Below, piece by piece: positions 21,841 to 34,479 of a stretch of 64,000 nucleotides of DNA. The notes below the pieces were generated by a model that saw only the letters and a program-made list of their open reading frames with translations, was not told where the DNA came from and ran no database searches. The stretch's first letter is position 1; every line of letters starts with the position of its first letter. The DNA comes from Iphione sp. A-MEVVRFRX5. Taxonomy: Eukaryota. The position numbers and the translations under genes are program-made. Location of the stretch: assembly GCA_976226885.1 (NCBI GenBank), contig OZ320315.1:64170001-64234000 (forward strand), given 5' to 3'.

Positions 21841-21962
21841 GATTAGGGACGGCGTAGAGGGAAAGGTGTGGTAGTTTAATTTGCTCTGGCCTCGGGTTGG
21901 GACCAGCCCGAGGCCAGAGCAAATTAAGCTACCACACCTTTCACGATACAAAGTCCTTAATC
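21841..21962. repeat. Foldback inverted repeat (40-bp arms, 2-nt loop, plus 10-bp outer arms)
   Basis: 21861-21900 pairs with 21903-21942 (38 Watson-Crick pairs and 2 T-G); 21841-21850 pairs with 21953-21962 (9 WC and 1 G-T). Confidence 0.9.
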
Positions 21963-22534
21963 CCTGTTCTGATATGGTTTTGAATGGAACTTACCTTCTG
22001 TACGGTTTACATTCTCCATAATTCATCTCCTTTGAAGTGTTTCTACTCCTACGAGGCATGTTTACAATTGCCTCCATTGTGGATTAATGCAGTTTTCTAG
22101 GTCATGAGCATGTGTGAAAATATATAGGTTGGGACGGATTTTTCCTTAGGGATTGGTTCCCGGTTAAAAGACTCTTTCGGACATTGTAAGTATATGAGTT
22201 TCATTCTCAACCATATTAGAACCAAAGACTAGTAACAGCGCACAGTCTAGTTTACTAGATGGGGCGTGGGAGGTGCTGCTTTGGTCTGTTTTAATTGATC
22301 TTTCGGGGAGATTTTTGGAAGGAGTCCCAATTTGTCGATCAGTACAATCTACCATCACTTTCTTGAGTTGGTCACAGGGGATGACTTGATAAACTTGTAA
22401 CAATTCTCTAGATATTGCCGGCCTTACATCAACATTTAATGACGTGTGACGATCATAATACTAATATGGTTACATGTGAGCAATAGTGTCACTCAAATGT
22501 TGTCTGTACAGATTGATTATGCAAGGAATCATGG

Positions 22535-22885
22535 TCCAGTTGTCACAAGGTCCAGTTGTACCAAGACGTAATTGTCTCAAGCTTAGTCGAGTTGGCCTAT
22601 CATCTTAGTCCAGTTGTCCCATCATCTTAGTCCAGTCGGTCCTCTGGAGTCAAGTTGTATCAGCTCTTATTTTCATAGAATTTCAGTCAGTAATCATCTT
22701 AGTCAGTTTACCCTCTTGACTTAGTCCTGTTGTATTAGTCTTGCTGTTTCTCTTGTTTCTCATCTTAGTTGAATTGTACTCTCTTCTTCTCTTCTGTTAC
22801 TTTCATAGTATTTCACTCAGGTGTGCTCTAAGATCGTACTCTCTTCTGTTACTTATTTCTGTAACTTTCATAGTATTTCATTTCA
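22535..22885. repeat. Degenerate tandem repeat region
   Basis: Recurrent (catc)ttagtccagttgtc and ctcttctgttact/ttcatagtatttca motifs. Confidence 0.6.
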
Positions 22886-23089
22886 TAATTGCCAGGAAAG
22901 GTTTTAGGTCTGGAAGCCTATAACAGCCAACTTGGAAAAAAAGACAAACACCAAACTTATTTAGATATACAGAGGATCCTCAAAAACCAAACATTCAAAA
23001 ACCAAATTTTTCCAAATCCGAACATATTTGACCACTACCAATTGTTTTACTCGTATAACAAAAACATTTGTATTCAAAATCTGAATGAA

Positions 23090-23245
23090 TTTGACCAAAT
23101 TTGGCTGATTGTTGTCAATTTTTGGATGAATTTGGCTGGTTTTTGCCATTTTTGGATGAATTTGGCTGGTTTTTGGTGAATTTTGGATGAATTTGGCTGA
23201 GTTTTGCTGATTTTCGGATGTGGCTGAGTTTTGCCATTTTTTTGA
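23090..23245. repeat. ~30-bp minisatellite, about 5 copies
   Basis: atttttggatgaatttggctggtttttgcc and variants. Confidence 0.85.
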
Positions 23246-23839
23246 CTAATTCAAAATCTGAATTTTCCAAAATCCAAATGAAATAATCTGAAACAGCGAT
23301 CATTTGGTTTTTGAGTACTGACTGTAGGAGATTTTTATTATGGTTCAGGCATGTGGACATAATTACATTAACATGCACATTTTCAATCAATCACACAATA
23401 AATAAATAAACTATAAACTGTATTTCGGCAATTGCTGCAATAAGCAAAAAATTAAATCAGCTATTGAAGAATGACCCTTTTTTCCTCTACCCTTCTTGAG
23501 TGCAGCCGAACCTGCTCATCAGGACAGCTGATTGCATCAGCCCTACTACTGAATCCTTACTACTTACTCCTGAAGAAGAGAACTGCACTCCTAAAAACGT
23601 TCAGTCATTGTACTAAGAATCAGAAATAAGGCCAGAATCAATAACCAAGCCTTGGGACTTTGGGTTTGATTGATATACATTGACAGATAATGGGAAAATC
23701 GATCATATATGATCGACAACTTTCATGCTAGACTTCTGGTGATAATGGCCATTGGGCAGCATTGAATACACATGTTGTCTTGGTCTGTTCTTCACCAAAG
23801 AGCTTTGTTTATAAATTTATATTTACTTTTCTTGTAGGC

Positions 23840-24900
23840 CAAGAAAGCTGCAATCCAGGACCTTTACCAGCCATCTGGTAAGTTAGTTGTGGAGGCCATC
23901 AGAAATGTGGGTGATGGGGATGTCCCACTACAGGGCTCATGCATGAATGAGGCCGAAACAGCCTTCTAGCCTGGATTTCAAGGTTGACATTGGCCATGTA
24001 CCAGCAGGCTTCCTCCAATGTGACATCCAAGACAATGGCCAGTGACATCAGTTGTTTGCCACTACTCTCCAGCTTAAGCACTTGGCCAAGACAAAGGTGT
24101 GGTATGCTGATGGCACCTTCAAGGTTGTACGGGAGCCCTTCGTACAGCTGTTCAGAGTTCCATCAAAACAGGGGAAGTGATGAAGCAGGTTCCCCTGTGT
24201 TTTGTTTTGATGTCATGAAGAAATAAGGGAGATTACAAGGCAGTGTTTGACACAATCAATGCTGCATTGCCCACCAACCCTTCAATGGAGGAGGTCATGC
24301 TCAACTTTGAGCAGGCAAAGTGGTATGGATTGGATCTCCTTATGCCTTCCTGCAGCCTTATATAGATGCAGCTTTATTGGTGCAAGTAGTCTACAAGAAA
24401 GTGAAAGAGCTTGGCTTGCAGACTGCATATGGGAAGCAGATGGCAGTGAGGAACTACTTCAAGGAGCTTATGGCTTTTCCTCGACTGCCAGCCACCCATA
24501 TTGAACATGCCTTTGATGAACTCTACAGCTGCTGTCCACCATCTGTCGATGCCCTGAAGGATTGCTATGCTAACTTGAATTAACGTGTGTGAGGAGCCAC
24601 AGTAAGCCACCAAAAGCATGGTCTAATTTCAAGTGGGTGGTGTACACTAACAATGATATGGAGGGATGGCACCATTTTGTGAACTGGCTTGCATCCCACA
24701 GCTGATATAACTACTACCATCTCCTCACCACAGTCCATGAGAAGGCATTGTCGCTGCCATTACAGGTAAAGCTGGTGGTTCAGAACAATCTATGCCAATA
24801 CCTGAGTAAAACCACAAAGTCCAAATAGCAGGCCCTGACGGATTGTGGGTGTAGTATAAGCAGGAGGAGCACACCCTGGCTTTGTCAAAGGGTTTAATCC
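23840..24900 (+). pseudogene. Mutator-like (MULE) transposase relic
   Basis: Across frameshifts and stops: LAKTKVWYADGTFKVVREPFVQLF, KQVPLCFVLMS*RNKGDYKAVF, VYKKVKELGLQTAY...ELMAFPRLP and YTNNDMEGWHH, all typical MULE DDE-domain motifs. Confidence 0.85.
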
Positions 24901-25339
24901 TAGACACTTCCATTTTCTTCAGAAATTCAAGCCTGGCAACGGAGGCTGCAGGCCTAGGGTGTTAGGGCTTGAATTTCTGAATAAAATGTATAGTATCTAG
25001 GCTTAAACACAGTTCTGACTGGTGCATCTCAATCGCTTTTCCACAAAAACATCTGCCATTTTGGTTGTTTACTTATCATATGTTGAATTTCATTGGTCAA
25101 AAAACAATTCTCCCCAGTTCACGTTGGCATGAGAGTTTGTTTTCAAATCACGTGGCCTTCATATGTTTTGTTGACATGAAAGATGAAGATGCCATAGTGG
25201 TTTTTGGAAGCAATGTGTATTTAAACCACCCCTATGTCTTCTCTCACTTTATGTTCCAACCATACCCCTGAGTACATTATATCCTGTAATCGTCCAGTTG
25301 ATTCTCTGTTCTGGCACGGGCTGTGTTGTTGTTTTCAAC

Positions 25340-25465
25340 TACCCTGACGAAATGTGGTGAGGACTGGGTGGGTATACTTAAACCCAGGTCTGCCCAATAG
25401 CTTTTTCTCTCTGTACATTGCCTATGTGAGAGCCAGCACTCTTATCCACTGCGCCACAGAGGTTG
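25340..25465 (-). mobile_element. Possible degenerate tRNA-derived SINE head
   Basis: On the minus strand, gTGGCGCAGTGGataagagtgctggctc is A-box-like and gggtttaagt is a degenerate B-box; the spacing is irregular and it does not fold as an intact tRNA. Confidence 0.3.
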
Positions 25466-26309
25466 GACAGTGATTAGACTAGGAATCAGTCACATATTAC
25501 AAGGTTAAAGATGAACATTTGTTAGATGTTTCACTTTGTTTTAAAAAATACTTTCATAAATTTGTTAATGTGGGGGAGACCCCCCAAACCACCTTTTTCC
25601 TTCCAATATTTTCATGAATTAAATGCATCTTTAGCATGACTTCCAGAAGTTTTTGTCACTTTTCGAGAAATTCAGAGCATCTTAAGCTGAACTTTTCATG
25701 AATTAAACACACCTTTAGTGCTACCTCTGGTAATACTTGCCACTTTTTCATGAATTAAATGCATCATTAGCATAGCCTCCTGAAATATTCCTTTTTTTCA
25801 CTATTATAAGTGTGGTGGGAGACCCCCCAATACCCCATTTTGAACCTTTTTTCATGAGAACGACCTTGGCTCTCACCTGGGTGGACCCAATCTTCTTGAC
25901 TGGGTCAGCACATCACTCAGTTGTAAGGGTGGGGTTGTTTAAATCAGATAAAATCCTCATGCACAACATTACACACCTAATAATATCCCCGCTCACTCTG
26001 CGAAGCTCGCACATTATAGTGTGTAATGTTGTGCACTTGGACTTTATCTAATACATAATTAATGCTCAAAGTTTGTTTGTTGCTGTTTTTCTTTATGAAG
26101 GTAGCACTTATAAGCTGCTTCAGTCTGTATAATTATTGTATTATCCTCCCAAACTTGTGAAGTGAGTCATCAAGGAACTGCCATCCTGTTTTTTGTAAAA
26201 TCAATGATGCGTTGACTTATAAATCTCTACCCGGGAATGATCCAAGATTCAATACCACTTGAAAACAATCATTTCTAGGGGACAATTCCCGATTATCATG
26301 AAAACTTAA

Positions 26310-27360
26310 TATTCATAGATTTTCGTAAAGCATTTGATATGGTAAATCACTCAATATTATTGAGAAAATCATCTGATAATTTTAAATTCCAAAACATGGC
26401 AGTGAAGCTTGTAAAAAATTATTTGGAACATAGACAGAACTACACGTATGTCAATGAGTTGAGTATGGGTAATATTGTAGTGGGAGTTCCTCAGGGATCT
26501 ACGCTGGGGCCACTCCTATTCTCACTATTCTTAAATTATTTGCCAGAGAAAATATCAAGTAAAGTGACTTTGTTTGCAGACGAAATATTGGTGTTGGTTC
26601 AAGCAAGATCACTTGGAGAATTGAATCAAAAGACCCATGTAATATGTAAAGAAATTGAAGAATGGTGCAGAAGAAACAAACTGTTATCAAATCCTAAAAA
26701 AGTAAAATTATGACAATCTGGCCTGGAAGAAAAAAAAAGGAATTGAAAATAGGGAAACTATGAAGATGTCAGGGGGAAGTTATATCCTATACTGACATGT
26801 ATAGATATCTGGGGATTATAATTGATTCCACGCTCAAATTTGATGATGAACTACACAAAGTTATAGGCGTAATGAACAAAAAAAACTGTATCTCATCAAT
26901 AAGATTTAATTGAACTTAAGACCTCAGGATTCTTTACTTCTATATTAATGTTGCAATAGTCCACATCTGGACTATTCACTAGTATCCCTCACATGTAATA
27001 ATCAAAACACTTTCTCTCAACTGCAAAAAATACAGAATAGGGTTTTATTTGTTATATAGAAAAAAATACGAGAAAATGAGTATCAATAGAAGACTGGATT
27101 TACTGACTATTATGCTACCAGTACTGTATAAAATGATTACGCTAAAATTGCTACCTTTAGTAGAAAACTCTGTATTATACTATGAAGACGACAAATGTTT
27201 GAAATTGGTAACCCTGAAGTCCGAATTAGTGAAGAATTCTTTTATTTTTGATAGATATAAGGTCTGGAACAAACTGGATATATTGTATAACAACTTTGAA
27301 AGCTACAAAGATTTACTTCAATATTATAAAGTTATGTCCATGCAATATCATATTTATTGA
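26310..27360 (+). pseudogene. Degraded CR1/L2-type LINE RT fragment
   Basis: DFRKAFDMVNHSILL, GVPQGSTLGPLLFSLFLN, LFADE (mutated YADD) and YRYLGIIIDS, with frameshifts. Confidence 0.85.
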
Positions 27361-30300
27361 TTGTATATGAATAGTATATTGAATTTAAAGTTAAAATTGA
27401 TACCGGATGCAAGAAAACATATGATAGACTATCATATTTCTGTACAAATAATAAGGCAATACAAAGTTACATACTGTGGTCTGTGCATAGGACATATCTG
27501 TCCTACTCTCTCATGACACTCACCATGGGTACCTGAGAGGAGCATGGAATTTATCTGTGCAGTATCAATACGCATAATGTTAATGATTCTGATTCTGCAC
27601 GCCACCCAGTGGTAACATGTGCAGGTGGTAAATTTATATTTAATTTCAGTTGGAGACTAGCACCTCTTGTGTACATAGTCCTGTTATTTGAACATAGGAA
27701 GCAGCCAATACAATTATACACTTTTGGGTCACACTTGTATTCATACACAACATTGATTATTGATCCCAATGTGTAACACTGACTTCTCAATTATTTTGTC
27801 TCAATTAATTTGCATGACTGTTATCATTTTCAGACTGTTTAATCAACTTTTCCAGATTCTTCAACTATTTATTCAAGGTAAGTGGAACCTTTAGGAATAT
27901 ATGATTGACCAATTGCATGCAACTGAGAAACATATTCTGTATCCAGCATCTTGTTTTGATCACTTGACTCCAACACTTTAATCATTTGTACACGCAAACA
28001 GCAAAACTAGCATCATTTCTATCCATTTCTTCTTTGATTGTCACTATGTGTACTGTAATTGGTCAATTGTTTTATATGCATTGTTGTTGAAATGATGATA
28101 AAACCTGTCATTTGATATGTCGATGTTATTGATGTACTGCCATCAGGTGTTTGAATGTGGTGCTAGCCTCACTCGCAGTCATGCTTTGTTTTGGTCTGGC
28201 ACCAACAGGCCAAGGTGGATGATATTAGAAGAAGCCTGTCTTTGAGTCACTGAAAAAAATTGTAATAACTGTTCTATAAACATCATAATTGCAGCAAAGG
28301 ATTTTAAATATGTTATATCCATGTCATTAAAAGGATTTCATAATCCAGGAAGGGGATTTCAGTAGTTTCAATCAGCTTAGGAAGGCATCGAACACCAGCT
28401 AAAAGTAGGCTTATTTCAAAGCAATCTCTAAGATTTTGATGCACATTTATTTATATGCAAACTTGCTTTGGTGTGTCTACTTACGTGCAGTTATATGCAA
28501 ACTTGATTTGGCAAAAGGTGGCTGATGATAACCTGATGATAACTTGTTGCTTGGTATATTGATGATAATACCCATCACATGTGCTGCTGCTAGTCGTTTG
28601 AATGTGGAAGCAACGATAGTTAACTTAACCTCAGGACAACTGGTTCATTTGACTTATATGAGTCATGTGGCAAAGCTGGCACAGCATCATTGGCCATGGA
28701 ATACTTTTGATTGACAGTTATCGTGAATGTAAAACATGTCATCCTGTCATGCGGCGAAGCTTCAATTGTTGTGACCCTCATTAGGTCTTCCCATGAGAAG
28801 CAGGTAATTATGGTTGAATGACTCTAGCGGGTATCTGCAGCAAGGCTTTTTTTCATAGTTACTGTTCCACTTAAGACCATGGGCCTTGTAGGCTACATTC
28901 TACATTTATGTCGATTTTGAGTATACACGGGCTGCCATCTCTAAGCTAGACAGTCAAAAGGTTTAAAGGCAGTTGTAAAGCTGCCTAAATGCTGAGTTAT
29001 CTGTTTCTGGGGTATCCAGCAAAGCAACTACCGTTTTAATGAGTTCCGCAAAGTCTCGTGTGAAGCTGGGATATTTCGTTACTTGACCTTTCGCCAGAAA
29101 CCAAATGGACGGCCGAGGGGAGGAATCTGTGTGGGGTTTGGGCGGTGCCGGTGATGATGCTGATATATTGTAGGCAGTAGTAAGGTACAGGGACTCCCAG
29201 ATGTTTTGACGTTATGAGATTTAGTCGTTTGTCGGATACTTCTTCTTCTAGGCTTACTATTCAGTGAGGTTTCAATTGTAAGACGAGAAAAAAACAGAGG
29301 CTCTGTGGTACATTGGTATGATGGATTTGAGACGGACTTCGCCTAGGACAGACTTCAGTTTATTCCACTCCATGCGAAAGCATGGCTAAAATAAAATGCC
29401 TCCTGGCGGAACGAACATGAGAGACCAATACCTAAGTTTGATACCCTCTCATGACTGTCAGCATGGGGGAAGAACCAATTCTGCCTTTAAAAGAAGATTG
29501 CCCTTAAGAGAGAGTTTTGACCTTAAACTCGGAGTTATCCCTTGCTGGGACGCCCTCGTGCATGGTCATCTGCGACCATATTTCAGTGGTGGGCAACAAT
29601 GTCACTTTCGTAGGGCTACCGTGAGGCCTACATTCGTTCTTCTGGATATCGACAAGGTACTTCCCGTTATGGTGCAGCTTCCATCAAGTATGGTTTGCGT
29701 CGCCCCCTCAAATGAAGAGCTGTGTCGATCGTAGATACCGAAGTGCATTACTCAATTCTGCTAGAACGCCTGTTGTATCCTCGTGAAGAGGTGCGTGTTG
29801 CTAATTATATACTCTGAATGGGCCGAACGTCGAGGTGGGGGCTTCACACCTTGAGGGGTTAGACACTCGAGTCTGCCATGCAAGATCCCCTACACCCCAC
29901 CCGATTAGCTCTATCAGGTCAGACTCATTCTGCCGAAGTGGAACGAACACGCCATCTCGCCCTCACGGGCGGTTAACCGAAGAAATCTGACTGGCTTAGT
30001 GCAAGATAAAAGACATCGCATTGATATCAATAATGTTGTTCATGTGAGTCAGTGGAGCTACAGTACACATTTCAGGGATGTTACACGTTTAATAAAGGGG
30101 GTGGGGCGGTGGTTTCACTAACGTATTGGGCCATGGACAGGTCCGTTTTCTCAGAGGTTGTTTGGAGGGTGTTGAAGGAGTCTCGTCTAATGCTCCCGGT
30201 CTAGCATGTCGGATTCTTCGAGTTATTAGCTGTAAAAATGTCCCGTTTGGTGCCCTCTTTTATAGTAACTGACGGCAGTTGTTACTCAAGAAACAGAGCG

Positions 30301-32536
30301 GATTTTTACACCAGTAAACAATGCAATAAATCATACGATAGATCAACTTGGACAGTGCTCGCATTTGCATTAATATGGGTCCCTACAAGCCAAGTACATT
30401 GCCGGAGGCCTGACCCAACCTAAGATATCAATATCAAGTAACTCCTATACCCAGTTGGTGTTCGTGTGTACTGGTGATCAGTGAGGTCCCGCCAGCTACT
30501 GACTTGCCAATACGTAGCTGCAAATCTCGCATACGAGGAACCACTCATCACACCTGTAAAATGCGATGAGAAATTGGTACACTGATGCTATTGGTGCTTC
30601 CATTATCAGCCTATCAAGGTGCATCGAATATCTATTGGTCAGCAGAACCTTATGTGTCACTGTGTTTGGTCTTTGTATAGGGTAGTCAAACCACTGCTTT
30701 GCATGATGTTAGTTTTATGATTAAATGGAATAATGAGCACGCAAGAAGGAAACAGATACACCACTTTAGTGGGTCATAGATTTTGTTAATATTCGTCGGT
30801 AACCACATTATTTTCACTTACTGTAGATTCCAGTGGCGCAGCAGGACTCCTTTTTTCCTACCGTTCTGAAAGTCCTTTTCGAACTCCCTCCTTCATATCT
30901 GACCGGCTCGTCATAATCCATCAATATGTTTGTTATATCATAAAAGTATAGATTCGTATAAGTAGAACATGCATCCCTGAACAGAGAGGCTTACCTGGAC
31001 AAACCCACGGATAAAACTGGCAGTGCAAGGAGGTAGTAACATGTTAACAGGTGACTCTAATTTAGGTGCAGCACGTCGTCCACCCTTTTAGAATTTCCTA
31101 AATGAGGATGCCGCCCGTCTTGATTAATTACACTTCTTTCCTATTCCAGATGCACCTGAGCAGCCACGCCCTTTGTAAAGTCAACGAGGGCTTGCCGCTG
31201 TGGGCGGTGGGCCGGCCGCTCGTGCCTATAATCTGCGGACCTCTTCATCAAGTCATTTAGTCCTTAGAGCAGCCATTCGCGCAGCTCCCATTGGCCTGTG
31301 TACAGGTGATCGGTACATTGCGACACGGCAAAAGCTGGTTGTATGGATGGGGTGAATGTGGTGGTTAAGGAGCGGGCAAGTGCATGGGACGAGAGAAAGA
31401 AGGTCCAAGACGGGGATGTAACTGCCATTATCTACGCCTTGTATTGCCTTGAAACCAGTCTTCAAAGGGTTTCACGTAAGTAACGAGACATGTCCTACTG
31501 GAGAAGTAGGAACAGGAAAAGGCACGCATACGTACACACATATATATACACACATTTCAAAGCGCTTGCTGTTGACAGGAGAACCTAGCGGAATAATGGA
31601 AGGGTGCAGCCCGTAGCCAAGGGGGTTTGGGAGATATTGTCCGATACCCCACATAAAAAACTTAATGGCTATAGGCTTGCATAGACATGGTCATCCAGGA
31701 GTTCCACCTCTGGGGTATCAGGGGTATCGTCCGGTACCCGCCAGAACAATTCCTGGCTGCGGGCCTGGGGATGGCACCGTGTCAGAAAAGTGAGGGACAT
31801 GGGATGTCATCGTCACACGTATGACTCGGGCTTTGATAGTCAATCATAAGGTGTGCGCTTGGTTACTAAGAAGTAGGAAGCAGGTGGGAGTTGGACCTAA
31901 GGACAGGCATAGTACTTCAATGCTTGGATTAATTTTTTGTAATAAAGGCGTTTACTGTTTATCATCCGAAGCGCGGAGACGCGGACCAAACACGTTCCTC
32001 GTTTCATTCCTCGAGCCATACATAACACTGAGCGTTGATTAGTAACATGGCCGGTCCGCGGGCTAACCTCTGAGTAGCCATGGGTGGTCTCTTATCTGGT
32101 TCCACCGACAACGTTTCCCCTTTTACCCAGCATTAGATCTTGAATGTGCAAAAACCTGGATGTCATGGAAGAAAGTAAGGAGAAAGATCTGTTCTATTCC
32201 AGATGAATAACGTCGGGCGCACTAAGATCGTACAAAGTTTTCCTAGCTATGGAGGGATTTGTGTTTTTTTAGTAGACTACGTTTTTCAGATACCGTATAG
32301 GAGAATCTTTTTGCCCAAGTATATCCCCAAGTGTCATATGTGTGTTGTTATTCCCACTTGGTAAATCCTCCTATGGTAGTTAATTCCCTGGCTTAGTAAT
32401 CCTCATTTGATAATCCAATATGCTACTCCAATAGGTTAACCCTAAGGTAAATCCAAGTGGGTATGTGTTCCTAGCATTCCCTGAAGAGACAACTGCCACA
32501 ACATAATCCAAGTGCAGACTTGTTTATTGGCCACAC

Positions 32537-32665
32537 CCCAGCCAACACATAAACGTTTTAAAAACGTTCTGAAAACGTCGTTTTAAACGTTCTTAAAACG
32601 TTTTAAATGAAAGTTTGTATAATGTTATCCTAACCACATTAAAAAACGTTTTTAGAACGTGAGTA
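32537..32665 (+). mobile_element. End of an EnSpm/CACTA-like non-autonomous element (CCCAGC-type terminus with aaaacgtt subterminal repeats)
   Basis: cccagccaacacataaacgttttaaaaacgttc...; the terminus resembles 42167 (cccagcaaacac). No partner TIR found; the superfamily is inferred from terminus style. Confidence 0.5.
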
Positions 32666-32764
32666 GTCTAGTCACATTACCCTCCTAAAGGCTGGCAATC
32701 CTATCCATTGGGCCACAGGGGCTATACATAGTTTAGGCTATACTTCTGTCACCTCCTGACCAGT

Positions 32765-33180
32765 CCTCACACCTCATTAGGTACTGGCCCTGGCATTGGC
32801 TGTCCTCCTGTCGCTCATATAAGTTCCCACACCTCGTCTGGTGTTATCCCCACCCTTCCCCATCCTCCTGTTGCTAACAGAAGTCTCCACACCTGGTCTG
32901 GTGTAATCCTCACCCTTCCTGTCCTCCTGTCGCTCTCAGAAGTCTCCACACCTCGTTATGTGGTATCCCCACCCTTCCCCGTCCTCCTGTTGCTCATACA
33001 AGTTCCCACACCTCGTCTGGTGGTATCCCCACCCGTCTCCATCCTCCTGTCGCTCATACAAGTTCCCACACCTCGTCTGGTGGTATCCCCACCCGTCCCC
33101 ATCCTCCTTTCGCTCTCAGAAGTCTCCACACCTCATCAGGTGTGTCCCTGGTATTTGGCCGTCCTCCTGTTGCACTCATA
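32765..33180. repeat. ~60-bp minisatellite, 7 copies
   Basis: ccacacctcgtctggtggtatccccacccgtctccatcctcctgtcgctcatacaagttc and variants. Confidence 0.9.
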
Positions 33181-33182
33181 GC

Positions 33183-33380
33183 TGTAAAATGGTTGCAAAC
33201 ATTCTAACCAAAGAAAAATGTTCTTAAAATGTTGTAAAACAGTTGCAAACATTGTTACCAAATAAAAACTTTCTTAAAACGCTGTAAAATGGTTACAAAT
33301 GTTGTAGCCAAATAAAAACATTCTTAAAATGTTGTAAAATGGTTGCAAACGTTGTAACCAAATAAAACATTCTTAAAATG
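33183..33380. repeat. ~51-bp tandem repeat, about 4 copies
   Basis: gtaaaatggttgcaaacgttgtaaccaaataaaaacattcttaaaatgtt and variants. Confidence 0.85.
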
Positions 33381-33723
33381 AGTTCATCAAGTACAGTACA
33401 GTGCATAAACCTTGGCAGCACTGCCAACCCTGTGGCCCAAGAGGCACCCTCCTATACTAAAAGGTTGATGGCACCGCCAACAATCCCTACTTACCAGCTA
33501 TAAATAGCACATTTGTCCTACTTACAGGTTATAAATAGCACACCCAGAGTTCATCAAGTACACCACAGTGCATAAGCCTTGGTGGTGCCACCAATCCTTC
33601 AGCTCATTACCCCTCTGCCTAGTTGGCAGCACTGCCAACGCCAGGCGCTCGTGAACGTGAAACATCAGTGGTGTCGCCACTACACCGCCCACAGTGATTT
33701 TAATTTCATATATTTCATTACAG

Positions 33724-34479
33724 GTGAAACTCCTAGCTGCAACAGGATGTCTCAATACCAAAGACTTTGTGAAGTGAACTATTAATCAAGTCCTTGAAAA
33801 CAGAGTTCAGCAGAAAGGAATTGAAATGGCATGAGCAAAATTGATGCAAGACAAAGCGAGCATTCAAAGATTTGTGTCTGTGCAGGTGTTTACAAAGTAA
33901 GTCTTAATTACATTACAAAGTACATGTATACCATATTAATAAAATGCTTACATCACCTTTGAAAAATGTTTTTACATGATATATATATATGTGCAAAAAA
34001 TTAGATTGTGAACTATATCTATATTATCTTTGTAAAATTTTGACATTTAAAAAACAATTCTGTTATAAAACATTTGTCATGTTTCTAAAATTCAACATCA
34101 GTTTGTAACATCTATACATAAAGGTTTGAAGAGTTTTACATCCCAACCTGCAGAATTTTACCTACTTGTAAACTGTCTACATATTTGTAAAATAATTATC
34201 AGGTTTGAAAAATTCCTATATAACATGACACATCACATAAATATTTTAAATGCATTTATGTAGGTCAAATTCAAGAGGAAGGTTGAAAACAAACTTTAGT
34301 TGCAAATTACCATTTTTCCATTTTGATTATTGAAATTGATGATTGTTTGTTTTCTTTGTCTTAATTTAGGAGCAATGAAGATGAACCCCACAACAAACAA
34401 AGACACATGCAGAGATCTACAGTTGGCAGTAGCAGACTATTTGAGGAAGGCAGGAGATAGAGCAGGTGGCAGAAAGTAG
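33724..34479 (+). pseudogene. Spliced two-exon relic of a DUF4806/BEN-like transposon accessory gene
   Basis: Exon 33724-33896 (LAATGCLNTKDFVK*TINQVLEN..., frameshift, KWHEQN*CKTKRAFKDLCLCRCLQ, donor a|gtaagt) joins in phase to exon 34370-34479 (RAMKMNPTTNKDTCRDLQLAVADYLRKAGDRAGGRK*). The ending resembles the WLRxAxDRxGGRK terminus of DUF4806 proteins (recalled, not searched). Confidence 0.55.

Noticed and set aside
28900-30240. GC-richer block with ORF 29396..29734
   Set aside because: No recognisable motif in the frames inspected; probably an old unclassified transposon fragment.
31150-31475. GC-rich segment between a strong acceptor and a strong donor
   Set aside because: Stop codons in all three frames; no recognisable protein.
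32765-33380. Regular arrays as possible CRISPR (also 23090-23245 and 42280-42540)
   Set aside because: Head-to-tail repeats without unique spacers, no cas genes, and a spliceosomal eukaryotic context.
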